From positions 1-39,556 of IMG/VR virus record IMGVR_UViG_3300032257_000043: DNA of 39,556 bases. The stretch is one strand, 5' to 3'. A model generated the notes under the pieces. The model ran no database searches. It saw only the letters and a list, made by a program, of their open reading frames with translations, and was not told the DNA's origin. The DNA comes from a virus. Its lineage: Duplodnaviria; Caudoviricetes. The position numbers and the translations under genes are program-made. Below, piece after piece: positions 1-8,128 of the stretch. Numbering within the stretch: the first letter of the stretch is position 1; each line of letters opens with the position of its first letter.

Positions 1-2
1 GA

Positions 3-65
3 TTACGAATAGCTGACTATATTTGCGAGAATCTTTTAAATCCTTTTGAAAAAGCGCATTGTTAA
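3..65 (+). CDS. 3' end of a truncated phage gene (..LRIADYICENLLNPFEKAHC*)
   Basis: Open frame from the window edge ending in TAA at 63-65, directly before the next ATG. Confidence 0.5.
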   Translation, partial: LRIADYICENLLNPFEKAHC

Positions 66-416
66 ATGGAATCCTATCTAAATCAGCTTATTGATTTATT
101 TTCACCAGAACAAAAGACGGCTTTGGTAGTCATCACTATCGGCGTTATGTCGTTAAGCCAAGCGTTTAAAAATATCTATTTTGGCTTCTTTCCAACACAA
201 GCCAAGCTCAGGAAAAAAGCGATTATCTGGCTTGCTGCCTTTATATTCGGATTGTCAGGGGGATTGATTGGCTATTATTTCGGACTACCTAAGCAACCCT
301 TATGGTTTTGGATATTTTGCGGCGTTTCTTGTGGTGGTCTTGGCATTGCTGCTTATAAACTCATTATCGAAATGATTTGGCCGCGCTTGTTATCTTTGGT
401 TAAAAAACCTACATAA
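66..416 (+). CDS. small multi-pass membrane protein, holin-like
   Basis: 116 aa, three hydrophobic segments, basic C-terminus; no endolysin in window to confirm the role. Confidence 0.5.
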   Translation: MESYLNQLIDLFSPEQKTALVVITIGVMSLSQAFKNIYFGFFPTQAKLRKKAIIWLAAFIFGLSGGLIGYYFGLPKQPLWFWIFCGVSCGGLGIAAYKLIIEMIWPRLLSLVKKPT

Positions 417-458
417 TGATACAATGCTGCTATTAATTTATGAATTTGAGTCAATAAT

Positions 459-851
459 ATGAGCAATTTTATAGTAATCAAAAACGAATTGGCAGCAAAT
501 ACCGCTTTATATGGCACAATGACGGACCAGCAGGTTGCAGATGAATTAAACGCTGTCAGTAAATCACAAAACAGAACATCTATGACGAGACAAGAGGTAT
601 TGGCTCAAATCGACCCGTCAGACATGACAACGCTAGTTGGTGATAATGCTGTAAAGGTGTTTGGTATCTTAAGTGATACAATCGATCCTTTCGATCCTGT
701 TATTGTTCGGGTGTTTGTTGATGCATTCGGCGGCGGAACACAAACCATTCAAAATCTACAAGCAGCACGGACGGAGCTGGTATCACGCGCAAGTCAAATC
801 GGCGCAGGGCATGTCCGTGTTGCTCATGTAAATAACGCGAGGGCTATCTAA
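459..851 (+). CDS. putative virion protein of the fibre cassette
   Basis: 130 aa; first gene of the operon, TAATG-coupled to the next gene. Confidence 0.5.
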   Translation: MSNFIVIKNELAANTALYGTMTDQQVADELNAVSKSQNRTSMTRQEVLAQIDPSDMTTLVGDNAVKVFGILSDTIDPFDPVIVRVFVDAFGGGTQTIQNLQAARTELVSRASQIGAGHVRVAHVNNARAI

Positions 852-1354
852 TGGCTGTGACTAATGACACAAATGCAACCGTCGCTGCAATCGCTATAAC
901 ATCAGCAGACGGCAACACAGACGGCGCGTTTTGTTCTTCTGCTTTGGTGGACAATCAAATTAATTTATATCTCGATGCTCTAGTAGGCGGTTCGATTCAG
1001 GTCGGCACTGTTACGGCTGACGGCGTAATTAATGTTTATGTTGTTGGCTCATGGGATGGAACGGATTTTACTGCGGGCGTTGATGTGGGAGATTCAGACA
1101 TAACATGGGGAACATCAGGAAAAACGCATGTAAACGGCCAAGATGATTTAAAACTACTGGATTCCGTTTCTGTTGATTCTACCGATGACGACAATGATAT
1201 TCTATTCGGGCCTTATGCTATTGCTCAGGCATTCGGTGGAGAAATGCCTAGAGAATGGGCGATTGTTATTGAGAATGCAACAGGCGCGGCATTCAACGCA
1301 ACCGGCACAAATAACCATTTAGAATACACCGGCAAAACTAAAACAACCGCCTAA
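851..1354 (+). CDS. putative virion beta-sandwich structural protein
   Basis: 167 aa, D/G/T/A-rich, beta-like, coupled to neighbours. Confidence 0.55.
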   Translation: MAVTNDTNATVAAIAITSADGNTDGAFCSSALVDNQINLYLDALVGGSIQVGTVTADGVINVYVVGSWDGTDFTAGVDVGDSDITWGTSGKTHVNGQDDLKLLDSVSVDSTDDDNDILFGPYAIAQAFGGEMPREWAIVIENATGAAFNATGTNNHLEYTGKTKTTA

Positions 1355-1355
1355 C

Positions 1356-2945
1356 ATGCCAACCGGCCTAATAAAGAAAAGAATAACAAGGACACAGCAC
1401 CCTGATTCTGTTCTAGGGCTTGATGCTGCTCATCCGTTAAGAAAAGACATTGCCTTTGCTATGTTTCATGGTGACGGTGCGGTTGATCAATTCTATGATT
1501 TACATAGCGGGCGATTTTTCCCAGCAGAAGGCACTGTCGCCGCATGGGGGAGAGGGCTTGATAAAAACGGCAGATATTATTTATCCAACCCTTCTAGCTC
1601 GTCTTTGTATGCAAGGATTAATTTAGGGCAGCCGGAAGCGCTTGAGTTTTCTGGTGCTGATCAATTCACTATTTTGCAGGGATTTGTAAGAACAGGCAAC
1701 CAGCCCGCAGGATGGGGGCGTTTGGTTTGTAGAACCAATGGCGGCACTGGCGATGATTGGGGGCTTATTCTTGCAAATGATGCGGGGGGTGGTCATGCAA
1801 GATTTAGAATTAATGGCAATAATCTAGACGGATCAACAACCCTAAATAATAACCAATTCTATCAATCGGCCTGCACTTACAAGCAAGGAGATAGAAAGCT
1901 TATCCTTGATGGCGTGGTCGATGCCAGCGATGCATATTCGGGCACGTTAGCAAATGATCAAAATATCTGGATTGGCGGCAACCCCGGTTCCAATGGGGAT
2001 CGTGTAGCCGAGGCAAAAATATACTATACAATTTTCTTAAAACGCGCTTTATCGGTCAAAGAAGTAAGAAATTTTCAAAACAATATCTATCAGATATTGC
2101 AGCCTCATACTAAATATTACCCTGTAGATTTCACGGCAGGCGATACCAATATCAATGCAACGTCTGTTAGCCATACGCTGACGACCTATAACCCTACTGT
2201 TTCCTATGACGTAGAAATATCACCTAATAGCACAGCGCACACATTAACCGCCTATAACCCTGTTGTTTCTTTAGGGGTAAATATTGCCGCCACAAGCGCC
2301 GCCCATACATTAACCGTTTATAATCCTGCGGTTAGTTATAATATCGGCATTGCTGCAACAACAGCCGCGAAATCACTGACAACAAATAACCCTGTCGTGA
2401 ATTACAGCGTAGGTATTGACGCTACAAGCACGGCTCATACGCTGACAACGTTTAATCCTGCTGTTAGTTTCAATGTAAATATAGACTCGACAAGCGCCGC
2501 AAAAACAATCACCACTTATAATCCGGTGCTGGATTTTGGTGGCGGTCTTGTTATCAATGCAACATCGGTTAGCCACTCATTAACCGCGTTTAATCCGACT
2601 GTAAGCTTTGATTTAGGTATAACCCCAAACGCTACCGCGCAGACAATAACGACCTACAACCCCACTGTTAGTTATGGCTTAAAAATCACGCCGAACAACA
2701 AAGCGATAACACTGACAGCATATAATGTTATAATCAGCTACGATACGGATATATTGGCAACGTCACAGGCGCTATCATTAACGTCTTATAATCCTGTTGT
2801 ACAATATGGCGTTGTATTAGGTCCTGACTCAGAAGGGCTTGAATATACGCTACCGAGGAAAAAGAGGGGGTATATGCTGTCAAAAATAGATAGGGGGTAC
2901 ACTCTTAAATTAAATAAATCTCATTATAACCTCAATGAAAGGTAA
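1356..2945 (+). CDS. fibre protein: LamG/concanavalin A-like domain, ten ~22-aa repeats, short C-terminal repeats
   Basis: LamG-like motifs (FTILQGF..FYQSACTY..LILDGV..IWIGG..RALSVKEV) followed by IxATSxAHTLTxYNPxVSY repeats. Confidence 0.75.
   Translation: MPTGLIKKRITRTQHPDSVLGLDAAHPLRKDIAFAMFHGDGAVDQFYDLHSGRFFPAEGTVAAWGRGLDKNGRYYLSNPSSSSLYARINLGQPEALEFSGADQFTILQGFVRTGNQPAGWGRLVCRTNGGTGDDWGLILANDAGGGHARFRINGNNLDGSTTLNNNQFYQSACTYKQGDRKLILDGVVDASDAYSGTLANDQNIWIGGNPGSNGDRVAEAKIYYTIFLKRALSVKEVRNFQNNIYQILQPHTKYYPVDFTAGDTNINATSVSHTLTTYNPTVSYDVEISPNSTAHTLTAYNPVVSLGVNIAATSAAHTLTVYNPAVSYNIGIAATTAAKSLTTNNPVVNYSVGIDATSTAHTLTTFNPAVSFNVNIDSTSAAKTITTYNPVLDFGGGLVINATSVSHSLTAFNPTVSFDLGITPNATAQTITTYNPTVSYGLKITPNNKAITLTAYNVIISYDTDILATSQALSLTSYNPVVQYGVVLGPDSEGLEYTLPRKKRGYMLSKIDRGYTLKLNKSHYNLNER
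2151..2816 (+). repeat. ten tandem ~66-bp coding repeats (22 aa; one of 24 aa)
   Basis: INATSVSHTLTTYNPTVSYDVE, ISPNSTAHTLTAYNPVVSLGVN, IAATSAAHTLTVYNPAVSYNIG ... ILATSQALSLTSYNPVVQYGVV. Confidence 0.9.
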
Positions 2946-3012
2946 GTGAGTGATTCGAGTATGAGTTTTAAGATAACCGCCTGAAATACGATTTTGAAGA
3001 TGAGGATTTATA

Positions 3013-3471
3013 ATGGCTATTAATGATTTAACATGGTTCGAAGAAGCATTGGCATACACACAAGACGGCGATTTTGGCTCGACTGATGTGGTTAAAATTG
3101 CTCTGATTACATCGGCAGTTACACCAACGGCGGCGGACGCTGTGCCGGGGATGAATGTCGGCGCAACCACAACGTATACAGAAGTAACGGCTGGCGGCGG
3201 TTATACGGCGGGCGGTGAAACACTTGATACGATAGCCAACATGACCACAGAAGCGGCTGGCGTGATGACCTTTGACGACACGGGCGCAAGCGTTACATGG
3301 ACACAAACAGCAGGAAGCCCGACAAATTGCCGGTATGCCGTTGTTTATAATTCATCTGATACTGGTCTTGAAAGAGCTTATTGCTTCATTGATTTAGGCG
3401 CTGATCGAGATTTAACGGCTGGCGATATCACTATTACATGGCACGCTAACGGTCTATCTCAAATAAGCTAA
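3013..3471 (+). CDS. small phage fibre/minor tail subunit (Gp80-like)
   Basis: Pattern KIAL..EVT.GGGYTAGG..VTW..RYAVVY..IDLG..GDITITW..GL recalled from small phage fibre subunits; GAGGA RBS. Confidence 0.6.
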   Translation: MAINDLTWFEEALAYTQDGDFGSTDVVKIALITSAVTPTAADAVPGMNVGATTTYTEVTAGGGYTAGGETLDTIANMTTEAAGVMTFDDTGASVTWTQTAGSPTNCRYAVVYNSSDTGLERAYCFIDLGADRDLTAGDITITWHANGLSQIS

Positions 3472-3502
3472 AGCGACTCATTATAATCTTGAGGTAAAAT
3501 AA

Positions 3503-3862
3503 ATGAGCGATGATTATATTGTCGAGAGAGTCCACACCAAAAAAGAGTCAGAGGCAGAAACTTTTTCTGTTAATTGTACGCCTCGGCTCGACACTGGTGA
3601 GCTGGTTGCTTCCGTGGTTGTCGCAGAAGTTGGCACTGCTGATTTAACTATCTCTAACGAGGCTGTCAGTACAGCAGCTCTCGACATTGAGGATGAAGAC
3701 GGCAACGATGTTGAAGTCGCTATCGGTAAAGCCATTCAATACCATGTCACAGCAACAGGTACAGCAGAAACTACCTATAAGATCAAATTAACACTGACAA
3801 CAGATTCAACACCGGCAAGGGTATTAATAAATTACGTCAGGCTCAGAGTTATTGCTGATTAA
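3503..3862 (+). CDS. putative fibre-tail adaptor (Gp77-like)
   Basis: Pattern K..E..FSVN..RL..GE.VAS..GT..TYKI..TT recalled from fibre-tail adaptors; GAGG RBS. Confidence 0.55.
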   Translation: MSDDYIVERVHTKKESEAETFSVNCTPRLDTGELVASVVVAEVGTADLTISNEAVSTAALDIEDEDGNDVEVAIGKAIQYHVTATGTAETTYKIKLTLTTDSTPARVLINYVRLRVIAD

Positions 3863-3891
3863 TTGACAAATGGATTCATTGCGACTATTCT
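3863..3891 (+). promoter_or_regulatory. sigma70 promoter, predicted leaderless transcript
   Basis: TTGACA-17 bp-TATTCT; ATG at 3898 lies at the expected +1; near-palindrome AATGGATTCATT in the spacer. Confidence 0.7.
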
Positions 3892-3897
3892 CAACTC

Positions 3898-4074
3898 ATG
3901 GGAACAGTTACCTACATCGAAGATTACCTGAAAGGCAAGACAAAGCCTAAATTACGATTAAAGGAATTAATCGAACGGGCAACTATCCCTGATGACATTT
4001 CAATGGCCGAATACATGGCTAATTATTATGTTCACTTTTCTGATGACGATATGGGCGAGAAGATCGATGGATAA
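3898..4074 (+). CDS. 58-aa hypothetical protein (MGTVTYIEDYLKGK...FSDDDMGEKIDG)
   Basis: Hand-translated ORF below the track cutoff, directly after the promoter. Confidence 0.55.
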   Translation: MGTVTYIEDYLKGKTKPKLRLKELIERATIPDDISMAEYMANYYVHFSDDDMGEKIDG

Positions 4075-4132
4075 CAACGCCTACAAAATAAGGGGTAGGG
4101 GGTATATATTTTCAATGGGGGGTGGTCATTAA

Positions 4133-4333
4133 ATGTCTCCAAACGAATTAGAATCTGCCATGAAACAGCTTGGCCTTGGTCCGGTAGCGATGGCAAAGTC
4201 TCTCGGATGTTCCTACAACACCTTCAAACAATGGAAAGGAGGCCAGCGGACCATGACCCCGGTTGCTGTCAGAGCTGTAGAATTACTGTTAGCCATTCAA
4301 GGCACTGATGCTGGCAGAAGGTTCGGCGTTTAA
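4133..4333 (+). CDS. small XRE/Cro-type HTH protein
   Basis: MSPNEL..LGL..MAKSLG.S.NTF.QW.GG.R HTH pattern. Confidence 0.75.
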   Translation: MSPNELESAMKQLGLGPVAMAKSLGCSYNTFKQWKGGQRTMTPVAVRAVELLLAIQGTDAGRRFGV

Positions 4334-4379
4334 CCAGATTAACAACCAGTTTTAACCCTAGCAGCCTCGCGCTGCCTTT

Positions 4380-4411
4380 AATCCCTTTCTCTCCTGTCAG
4401 GGATTTTTTTT
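4380..4411 (+). terminator. probable intrinsic terminator
   Basis: AATCCCT...AGGGATT stem followed by a T-run. Confidence 0.55.
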
Positions 4412-4625
4412 GCCTATAAGAAAGTCATATTTAAAAATATTGATGGCGTGAAAAAAAGAAAAAAAATAATTTTTTTTTGGTAAGGGATTACTATAATTTG
4501 ATTTGCGTGAGACTAGCGCAAAAAAATAAGTTAGCGATCACTAACCGACCGTTCGTCGGCACAAATACCCCAAAATAAACTTATGCATCATAACCTACCG
4601 TTTGTCAGGACATGGCGAAAACATG

Positions 4626-4654
4626 CTGATATATGTATGCAATGCGCCTATTCT
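4626..4654 (+). promoter_or_regulatory. putative promoter of the early operon
   Basis: CTGATA-17 bp-TATTCT upstream of ATG 4700. Confidence 0.4.
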
Positions 4655-4699
4655 TTTAATCAAGCAAGGCAATCAACGAACACAAAAAAGGGTTACAAA

Positions 4700-4843
4700 A
4701 TGGCTAATAAAATGTATCAGGTTAAAACTGAAAACAATGAAATACGCTATGCAACTGGCCGCACTAAGTTGGAGGCATTCAAAAATTATATGAATGCACA
4801 TATTAATAGTGTTGTTTTATCAATCGAATTATTAACATATTAA
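4700..4843 (+). CDS. 47-aa hypothetical early protein
   Basis: AAGGG RBS before ATG 4700, preferred over the 4583 start. Confidence 0.6.
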   Translation: MANKMYQVKTENNEIRYATGRTKLEAFKNYMNAHINSVVLSIELLTY

Positions 4844-4855
4844 GAGGGCTAAAAA

Positions 4856-5089
4856 ATGAAAAGATACTGTATAACCCGTATAAAAGATGGTTCAAGAATT
4901 ATGACCTATCCTCATAATAGTCGCGGAACTTACAAAACAGAGAGAGAGGCAAAAAACCATTTAATAGCTATTATTGTAAATAATCACGATTCTGCAGTTC
5001 ATGAAGTTCTTGGTGATGTTTCAGCGGTTGAAATTAAAGCAATCGATTGTTATCAGGGCGGCGACCCTAAACAAACAGTTTTTAACTAA
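4856..5089 (+). CDS. hypothetical early protein
   Basis: 77 aa, AGAGGG RBS. Confidence 0.7.
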   Translation: MKRYCITRIKDGSRIMTYPHNSRGTYKTEREAKNHLIAIIVNNHDSAVHEVLGDVSAVEIKAIDCYQGGDPKQTVFN

Positions 5090-5109
5090 TAAAATAGAGG
5101 GTTAATAAG

Positions 5110-6855
5110 ATGAATACAGCGAAAAGAGAAAAAAGCAGTCAGGCACAAGTAGCAGCAATCTGTAAAAAATATCTTAAATCATTGGGCGTTAAATGCACTG
5201 CTAAAAGCGATAGTTTTTCAATGGGTGATAGTGTGAGCGTATCGGTAGAAGATCAACCGCCCGAACTAATGGAAAAAATAGAAAAGGAGCTTAACCAATA
5301 TCAGTACGGCCACTTTGACGGAATGAGTGACATGTATGAGTATTCGAACTCACGAAAAGACATACCACAAACCAAGTATTTATCGATTAGTAATCATTAT
5401 AGCTCAGAAATTTATCAGGCCGGATATTCTTATATTATTAATAAATATCCTTCTAACTGTGAAGATATGCCGCGTGATTATGAAAGCGGCAAAAATATGA
5501 GATTTACTGATAATTGTCCGGCTTATATGGATATGTCGCACGAAGTTTATGTCTTATTAAATGGCTCAGGCTCAGGAATAGAAAAAGAAAATAGCGTTGA
5601 ATTTTGGACCGGCTATTTAAAGCCGGTAGCTTCTGAGGTTGCCAGTGTAGGCAAACACTCTCAACATGATAGCGGCTTAAATATCGAAGTAAGAGAGGGA
5701 ACGAAACAAGGGTTTTCTGAAATTGTGTTTAATGAAAAACCAAATGAAGACATAAGAAACAAATTAAAAGCCAATGGTTTTAGATGGTCACGTTATAACG
5801 GGTGCTGGTACGGAAAAACAGAAAATCTACCAGAATTTGCAGAATTAAAAGAAGACACCAAAACAGAAAGCCAAGCTATCAAAAAGCCAGTCATTAAGAA
5901 CGGCGATAAATTCCGAACTATGGCGGATAAGCTACAGCCACAAATAGAAAATAAATTTGCGGACCGTCAGACAAACACACAAAAGAGAATAGCTCAAGCG
6001 GCTCACGCAAGGCTAGAAGGTGAAAGGCTAGAAAGAACACAAAAAGCCCTTTATAAAATCGCTGATTTAATAGAAAGCGACAATTTACCAACCGCTTTAA
6101 ATTCTATTAATAGTAAAAAGGCTGTTTATGATCTCATGAGCGCTCAACTCGAATCAGTCGAAAATGGATATCACAGTTATTCATACGACACGGGCAAGCC
6201 ATCAAGCCACCATATAGAAAACCCGATATCTATAGCTCTATGGACTTTGTTAGATGATAAAAGCCAAGCGGACAAAGACAAAGAAGCATTAACCCGAAAA
6301 ATACAGGATTTACAGTTCAGTAAAATACCGGGTTATTTTCCAACACCTGAAAAAGTCATAGATTTGATGATTGATTATGCAGATTTAGATAGTGGCCATA
6401 TTGTTCTTGAGCCGGAACTTGGAAGCTGCGCTATTGCTGACCGTATAGCGCCGCTAGTCGATAAGGTCGAGGGCTTCGAGGTCAATCACTCACTGGCAGA
6501 AATATGCAGCTTAAAAGGCTATTTATTAAAGCAGGCTGATTTTCTAAAGGTGAATACACCAAATCCAGTAAGCGATTATAAAAAATATGATCGTATTATG
6601 ATGAATCCGCCATTTGAAAGACTACAAGATTGTGAGCACGTTTTACACGCTTTCAGGTTTTTAAAGGATGGCGGCAAGTTGCTGGCTATCATGTCACCTT
6701 CATTTACTTTTAATAGCTCAAAAAAGGCTGTTAGCTTTAAGAACTGGCTAGAAAACAAAGGCGGCATGATCATAGAACTTCCAGAGCATAGTTTTAAGGA
6801 TTCTGGAACATGCGTAAATACTGTTTTAGTAGTAATTGATAAGGATTTATTCTAA
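5110..6855 (+). CDS. polyvalent protein: LPD29-like N-terminus, KP..R..LK..GFRWS domain, C-terminal N6-adenine DNA methyltransferase-like domain
   Basis: SDSFSMGDSVSV..YQYGHFDGMSDMYEY (LPD29-like); YFPTP, LEPELGS, DFL, DRIMMNPPF, F.DSGT.V.T MTase motifs. Confidence 0.8.
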   Translation: MNTAKREKSSQAQVAAICKKYLKSLGVKCTAKSDSFSMGDSVSVSVEDQPPELMEKIEKELNQYQYGHFDGMSDMYEYSNSRKDIPQTKYLSISNHYSSEIYQAGYSYIINKYPSNCEDMPRDYESGKNMRFTDNCPAYMDMSHEVYVLLNGSGSGIEKENSVEFWTGYLKPVASEVASVGKHSQHDSGLNIEVREGTKQGFSEIVFNEKPNEDIRNKLKANGFRWSRYNGCWYGKTENLPEFAELKEDTKTESQAIKKPVIKNGDKFRTMADKLQPQIENKFADRQTNTQKRIAQAAHARLEGERLERTQKALYKIADLIESDNLPTALNSINSKKAVYDLMSAQLESVENGYHSYSYDTGKPSSHHIENPISIALWTLLDDKSQADKDKEALTRKIQDLQFSKIPGYFPTPEKVIDLMIDYADLDSGHIVLEPELGSCAIADRIAPLVDKVEGFEVNHSLAEICSLKGYLLKQADFLKVNTPNPVSDYKKYDRIMMNPPFERLQDCEHVLHAFRFLKDGGKLLAIMSPSFTFNSSKKAVSFKNWLENKGGMIIELPEHSFKDSGTCVNTVLVVIDKDLF

Positions 6856-6965
6856 TGATAGTTATAAAAGCAGGCTATCTGCTCTTTTATTTCTGTTTAA
6901 CTGGCTGGATTATAATGCTTATATTTATAGTTCGGTCGTTTATTAAGGGTGATGATGATGAGTGA
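6855..6965 (+). CDS. 36-aa single-TM peptide (MIVIKAGYLLFYFCLTGWIIMLIFIVRSFIKGDDDE)
   Basis: Hand-translated; TAATG coupling upstream, overlaps the next start. Confidence 0.5.
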   Translation: MIVIKAGYLLFYFCLTGWIIMLIFIVRSFIKGDDDE

Positions 6966-7440
6966 ATTAATAGATAATATTTGGACATTTAAAACAGCTA
7001 ATTTTGTTATTAAGTGCGATGCGTTAGTTGAATATGCATCATTAACTGATTTGTATCCAGACGATACAGAAAAACAAATTAATCAGATGATTGAATCACT
7101 TAATAATTACAACTCTGTTTTATTTTGTGCGCGTGTAACGGTAGAAACGAAACAAGGAGAAGAACTAGCCTGTAATTATCTCGGTGCATGTCATTATGAT
7201 GACTATGATTCATTTATTGACCATCGCGGCATTGGTTATTTTTCAGCATTAAGGAAGTATAAAAAAGCCGTTAAAAGTCATAAATGGATTGAGGCCGATA
7301 GGTTGAGAGGTGTAGTTTTCAGGATTAAAAAACAGGGTTTTTGCTATGGCAGTTATTTTTCAGATATGGTTCGTGAATCAATACATGAGGCCAGACAATA
7401 TTGGAATGATAAGCCAAGCGTAAAATTAAAGGCCGCATGA
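6958..7440 (+). CDS. phage hypothetical protein
   Basis: WTF.T.NF..F.ARV.V..G.E..YLG.C.Y..YF.DMV.E.I.EAR pattern; start ambiguous within 6949-6958. Confidence 0.7.
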   Translation: MSELIDNIWTFKTANFVIKCDALVEYASLTDLYPDDTEKQINQMIESLNNYNSVLFCARVTVETKQGEELACNYLGACHYDDYDSFIDHRGIGYFSALRKYKKAVKSHKWIEADRLRGVVFRIKKQGFCYGSYFSDMVRESIHEARQYWNDKPSVKLKAA

Positions 7441-7517
7441 TGAGTGATTATCAGATAGTCATTCTAACAGTTGTTTTTATTTTATTTATAAGAGGGTTAG
7501 TAATATGTGGTCAATAG
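7437..7517 (+). CDS. possible 26-aa TM micropeptide
   Basis: ATGA overlap; MMSDYQIVILTVVFILFIRGLVICGQ. Confidence 0.3.
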   Translation: MMSDYQIVILTVVFILFIRGLVICGQ

Positions 7518-7684
7518 TATTCGTATATAAAAAAACGCATTGCACCGAATACCTGACAGATGATAAGTGCAAACCATTGGTATTTGAAACAATAATCGAA
7601 GCGGACAATTATATAGAAACGATCATTACGGATGATCACCGGGATAATGGGCAATTCCATATAATTGAGCAATATAACCATTAA
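7505..7684 (+). CDS. 59-aa hypothetical protein (MWSIVFVYKKTHC...)
   Basis: Hand-translated, AGAGGG RBS. Confidence 0.6.
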   Translation: MWSIVFVYKKTHCTEYLTDDKCKPLVFETIIEADNYIETIITDDHRDNGQFHIIEQYNH

Positions 7685-7701
7685 TTAAGAGGGGTAATAC
7701 A

Positions 7702-8079
7702 ATGAGCATATATACAGATAAAATGGATGATTTGTTTTTTAATGCCTATATTGAGTGCGCGCTGTGGTCGTCATTAGATGATAATGACGAGCCAATGGAC
7801 GGATTGTATTCAGTAGACGATATAGCAGATGAAACAATCAAAGAATTAAGAAAGGGCGCGATTACATTCTTTAATGAAAATATTGATTTAATCAATAACA
7901 CGCCAGATTTTTATAATTATGAGCAGGCAGGCCATGATTTATGGCTTACTCAGAACGGGCACGGTGCTGGATTTTGGGATCGTAATATAGGCGATATAGG
8001 CGATAAATTAACAGAGCTTGCACATATAGAAGGGTCAATTGATCTGTATATTGGTGATGACGGTTATATATATAAGTAA
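7702..8079 (+). CDS. acidic phage protein with AGHDLWLTQNGHGAGFWDR motif
   Basis: 125 aa, D/E-rich, AGAGGGG RBS; motif recalled from uncharacterised phage proteins. Confidence 0.75.
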   Translation: MSIYTDKMDDLFFNAYIECALWSSLDDNDEPMDGLYSVDDIADETIKELRKGAITFFNENIDLINNTPDFYNYEQAGHDLWLTQNGHGAGFWDRNIGDIGDKLTELAHIEGSIDLYIGDDGYIYK

Positions 8080-8102
8080 CCTTATCTATCGCACCACGCT
8101 AC

Positions 8103-8128
8103 AAGCCCCTATAAACGGGGCTTTTTTA
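8103..8128 (+). terminator. intrinsic terminator of the early operon
   Basis: AAGCCCC-TATAAAC-GGGGCTT followed by TTTT. Confidence 0.85.

Noticed and set aside
2151-2816. 66-bp periodicity as a CRISPR array
   Set aside because: Repeats are degenerate in DNA, in frame and conserved as protein; no identical repeat-spacer pattern or cas genes
4091-4127. G-rich tract as the packaging site
   Set aside because: Far from the terminase genes and lacks the cosQ/cosN layout seen at 8569-8620; left unexplained
4583-4793. Upstream starts at 4583 and 4602
   Set aside because: They lie in the motif/promoter region with no convincing RBS; ATG 4700 has the operon-typical RBS
5110-6855. Complete restriction-modification system
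   Set aside because: No adjacent endonuclease or specificity subunit is recognisable
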